From Candidatus Hodarchaeota archaeon (GTDB lineage: Archaea > Asgardarchaeota > Heimdallarchaeia > Hodarchaeales > Hodarchaeaceae), in assembly GCA_029856365.1 (NCBI GenBank), contig JAHQWW010000003.1, forward strand, positions 1 through 64,000: a DNA stretch of 64,000 nucleotides, given 5' to 3'. A model generated the notes under the pieces. That model was given only the letters and a program-made list of their open reading frames with translations, searched no databases and was not told the origin of the DNA. Each line of letters opens with the position of its first letter. Position 1 is the first letter of the stretch. A program made the position numbers and the translations under genes. This document shows, one piece after another, positions 60,708 through 64,000 of the stretch.

Positions 60708-61871
60708 ATGGCAATTATTCACCAGATATTTAGTAAATTCGCCTTAATTGGAGATGATCTCAGATTAAAGCAGAACGTACTGATTGATATCAATAAGCAA
60801 GGTAGAATTTTAAATATTAATTATAACTCATCGAAAGATGAAAATGATGTAAAATTTTCTTTTCCTCATCATTTGCTTTTACCCAAGTTTATTAACTCTC
60901 ACACACATCTTGGTGATACCGTTTTAAAGGATCAAGCTTTTGGATTGTCTTTAAATGAAGCTGTAGGGATCGGAGGTCGTAAATATCAAGCTAATAAACA
61001 CGAAAGAATCCATAGAATCACTGCAATGAGATCTGCAATAATAGAAATGATCGAAAGTGGTACTTCGGCTTGTTATGATTTCAGAGAAGGCGGATTAAAT
61101 GGAATTATTGAACTCCAAGAAGCTGCAAACGATCTTCCAATTGATCTTCATATCCTTGGGCGACAAAATACCAAGATTGATTTAGATGACGTTCTTTCTC
61201 AATGCGATGGATTGGGATTACCTACTCCTCTTTTCTTTTCCCCGCACGAATTGAATATGATTCAACAACAAACTTCTTCTCGGAATACCTTGGTGGCAAC
61301 ACATGTTGGAGAGGAGCCCCAAGTAATTCAAGAATCTCTAAATCAGTTTGGACTTTCGGATTTACAGGTGGCTTTGAAATACCTTAATCCGAATATTCTG
61401 ATTCATTTAACAGCGTATGATGAAAATGATCTCATTAAAATCCCTTCTTCTAAATTTATTGTTTTTTGTCCCCGATCCAATGCTTATTTCGGACTGGGAT
61501 TTCCACCAATCAACTATTTTCTTAACAAGAAAAATTTGATTGGCTTAGGAACCGATAATGTTATGACAATAGCCCCAAACATATTGGAAGAGCTAAGATG
61601 GCTTGTATTACGATTAAAAGAGCAAGGAATTTCAATTGACCCGGTTCAAGCTCTAAAATTAATTACAATTAACCCCTCAAAAGCATTAAAAATGAAAACA
61701 GGCTGTATCAAAGAAGAATTTTGGGCCGATTTATTAATTATTAATCTTCAAAGCTGTAGAACCGCGTATGGAAAAGATCCAATCATGAGTTTACTCTTTC
61801 GTTGCCTTCTTCCAGAAGATATTTCTCTTAATCTTTTCCACGGAGAAATTGTTTCCAATGAGCTCTTTTAA
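60708..61871 (+). CDS. Metal-dependent amidohydrolase (deaminase subtype)
   Basis: NSHTH, HVGE, IH, CPRSN and GTDN motifs. Confidence 0.88.
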   Translation: MAIIHQIFSKFALIGDDLRLKQNVLIDINKQGRILNINYNSSKDENDVKFSFPHHLLLPKFINSHTHLGDTVLKDQAFGLSLNEAVGIGGRKYQANKHERIHRITAMRSAIIEMIESGTSACYDFREGGLNGIIELQEAANDLPIDLHILGRQNTKIDLDDVLSQCDGLGLPTPLFFSPHELNMIQQQTSSRNTLVATHVGEEPQVIQESLNQFGLSDLQVALKYLNPNILIHLTAYDENDLIKIPSSKFIVFCPRSNAYFGLGFPPINYFLNKKNLIGLGTDNVMTIAPNILEELRWLVLRLKEQGISIDPVQALKLITINPSKALKMKTGCIKEEFWADLLIINLQSCRTAYGKDPIMSLLFRCLLPEDISLNLFHGEIVSNELF

Positions 61872-62568
61872 ACCTCCTGAGAACCGGCCTTTTGTATTAC
61901 TGTCAGCAGCTATCAGTCTTGATGGTCAAATCGCAACACTTCAAGGTAACACCCTTCTATCGAACTCAAAAGATTGGATTCGGGTCCACCATTTAAGAGC
62001 AGAATCTGATGCAATAATGGTTGGAAGTGGAACTATTCGAGCTGATGACTCTAAACTGACCGTTAATGAAAAATTAATTAATAAAGGCATTGAAAACCAT
62101 CCCATCCGAGTCGTAGTTAGTTCGAAAGGTATTATTCCTTTGAAGTCTAGGGTAATTACCCATCGACCTGATATCCTGACCCTAATTGCAACTACATCAC
62201 AATGTTCTCAAAACCAAAAAAAAAATCTGGAAGAAAAAGGTTGTCATGTCATTACATGCGGAGATGGCCCCTTAACAGACCTAATCCAGCTATTATACAT
62301 CTTGAAAAAGGATTATCACGTTAAGAAATTAATGGTGGAAGGGGGAAGTCTCTTGAATGGAGAAATGTTAAATAATCAACTTATTGATGAAGTTCAACTA
62401 GCGATAGCACCAGTAATTTGTGGTCAAGGCATTCCTCTTTTTAATCTTTCACAGGCAATTCCTGCATTTTCAAAGTCCCCCTATTTCGAAATAAAAGCAC
62501 ACAACCAAATAGATGATATGATATGGCTTAAAATGTCAATTCACTATCGATCCAGACGAGTTTCATAA
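61849..62568 (+). CDS. RibD C-terminal-type pyrimidine reductase (ArfC/Rib7-like)
   Basis: AISLDGQIA, VHHLRAESDAIMVGSGT..AD and VEGG motifs; no deaminase domain. Confidence 0.88.
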   Translation: MFPMSSFKPPENRPFVLLSAAISLDGQIATLQGNTLLSNSKDWIRVHHLRAESDAIMVGSGTIRADDSKLTVNEKLINKGIENHPIRVVVSSKGIIPLKSRVITHRPDILTLIATTSQCSQNQKKNLEEKGCHVITCGDGPLTDLIQLLYILKKDYHVKKLMVEGGSLLNGEMLNNQLIDEVQLAIAPVICGQGIPLFNLSQAIPAFSKSPYFEIKAHNQIDDMIWLKMSIHYRSRRVS

Positions 62569-62673
62569 CTATCTCCTTAATAGTTAATGAAAAATGATGT
62601 AAATAAGCTGATACTAGATTATTTTCCAGTCTTTGGGAGGTTTGTTTGAGTCTGTGTTTTTGAAAGAGGTGTT

Positions 62674-63588
62674 TTAACCCAAAAAGAAGAGAATTACAGC
62701 ATATATTATTGCAATGATAACCGCATGTGACCCCTCTGGATCAATTGACTTAACAGCAAAATAAACCAGCACAATACCCCAAATAAGGAAAATAATATCT
62801 ATAAAGAAGAGAATATCCCCCACTATCCCAAGAGGAGTACTCATTGCTGAAAAATCCAATATATCATTGATTATGATAGTTGATGGTTCAATAAAAAGAG
62901 CAAAAGCGGCAAGTCGAACCAGTTCATTGAAAATTCTAGGAAGAAAACTCCAACCCACGATAGATATCATAGTTTTAAAGTTTCTTTCATGTGATGGAAC
63001 TCGGGACGAGAATATTGCATGTAAGATCCACAGGACAATACTTCCAACCAACCAAGTAATAAAAAATCCAAAAGGAGTAAAAAATGCAGATAATATCGTA
63101 AGAAATTGCATAAATTCTTCCATTTCAATATCCATCCCTGACAAACCCAAGCTCTCAAAGAAAGAAGAAGAGAATTCAATTGTAGTCTTTAAGGTAAGAA
63201 CATAAAGAGCTAAACCTGAAACAATTCCAGCTATTAGAACAATAAGAAATGGTTGGCTTAAGTTTGGTCGTTTAACAATCCGAGGCATCTCCAATTGAGG
63301 AGACATCAATACTCCTTGAAAATGTTGAGTAAATGGTAGAGCTGGTTCCCTCACTATTTTTTCAGGTCTATATGAAGGTGGATAAGTAGGAGTACCTCTA
63401 TCAGAAACAGTTGGAGGGATTGATGTATGTGGAAAGGAAGGTTTCGCTCTGACCACTCCAGTTGAATCAATGGTTGGAACTGGAGTGCCACAGTATGCAC
63501 AAAAAGTAGCTCCCCCTAGTAGCTTCTGACCGCAATTTCCACAAAATTTTGGAGCTGTTTCAGGAATATCTTTACTCATGAAAATCAA
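62674..63588 (-). CDS. Double zinc-ribbon + Yip1-like membrane protein
   Basis: CGNCG...FCAYCG, Pro-rich linker, about five TM helices with GWSFLP. Confidence 0.75.
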   Translation of the reverse strand: MIFMSKDIPETAPKFCGNCGQKLLGGATFCAYCGTPVPTIDSTGVVRAKPSFPHTSIPPTVSDRGTPTYPPSYRPEKIVREPALPFTQHFQGVLMSPQLEMPRIVKRPNLSQPFLIVLIAGIVSGLALYVLTLKTTIEFSSSFFESLGLSGMDIEMEEFMQFLTILSAFFTPFGFFITWLVGSIVLWILHAIFSSRVPSHERNFKTMISIVGWSFLPRIFNELVRLAAFALFIEPSTIIINDILDFSAMSTPLGIVGDILFFIDIIFLIWGIVLVYFAVKSIDPEGSHAVIIAIIYAVILFFLG

Positions 63589-63868
63589 CTTAATGATGTT
63601 AATACAGGAGAATATTCTATTATAAGCTAATGAAACATGAAATAAAAATTTATTGTTTGCGATGGCTATTTTTCACTAGAACATCCCACTAAGTATCCCC
63701 AAAGGGCTTCTTTTTGAATTAATCTGTGAAATAGAACTTGATTGAACTCTATTTCATGTAAAAAATATGCTTTCTAGCTATCAACAGTGATTCCAGAAAT
63801 AAATGGGAGGAGATAGGTAATGAGTGTGTCAAACAGGTTATGGTGAGAAAAACTAGTCAAAAATAGGA

Positions 63869-64000
63869 TTAGCCTGATCTGTCTTTTAAAACAACAATAG
63901 TGAAGCCAGCTGCTTCGTCAGGGGTGATGATTATTTCTGATTTAGGCATCTCTACGTATACACTTTGAAGTCGTCCATGATCGAGGGCATCTGAAACACT
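63869..64000 (-). CDS. C-terminal end of a probable roadblock/LC7 protein; 5' part lies outside the window
   Basis: Manual translation: SVSDALDHGRLQSVYVEMPKSEIIITPDEAAGFTIVVLKDRSG*. Confidence 0.55.
   Translation of the reverse strand, partial: SVSDALDHGRLQSVYVEMPKSEIIITPDEAAGFTIVVLKDRSG

Overview
AT-rich (roughly one-third G+C by eye) archaeal chromosomal window, almost certainly from an Asgard archaeon and probably Heimdallarchaeia/Hodarchaeales-like. That assignment is inferred from a eukaryote-like primase, an Arf-like GTPase, longin/roadblock proteins and a RING-H2 protein. Left to right it holds: the start of a surface-glycan cluster, an F420 biosynthesis cluster (cofD, Dus-like gene, cofC, cofG, cofH), priL-priS, hef, a polyproline protein, a tandem AAA+/wHTH pair with a degenerate Mrr-like nuclease behind a phased TTCG repeat, PAC2, a membrane RING protein, and a four-gene cluster built around a divergent tubulin/FtsZ-superfamily GTPase and a 1172-aa helical-repeat rod. 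After that come cdc48, an Arf-like GTPase-roadblock fusion, nreA/endoQ, a folliculin/SMCR8-like longin protein keeping the DxxARG arginine-finger motif, the SRP (7S) RNA, and metabolic genes. No CRISPR array, tRNA, rRNA or recognisable mobile element was seen. Best candidates for an undescribed system: (1) the tubulin-like cytoskeletal cluster at 36.2-43.2 kb, (2) the FLCN/SMCR8-like GAP, roadblock and Arf-roadblock set at 47-55 kb, and (3) the paired AAA+-wHTH operon at 26.4-29.7 kb. All family calls come from motifs recognised by eye; no database search was run.
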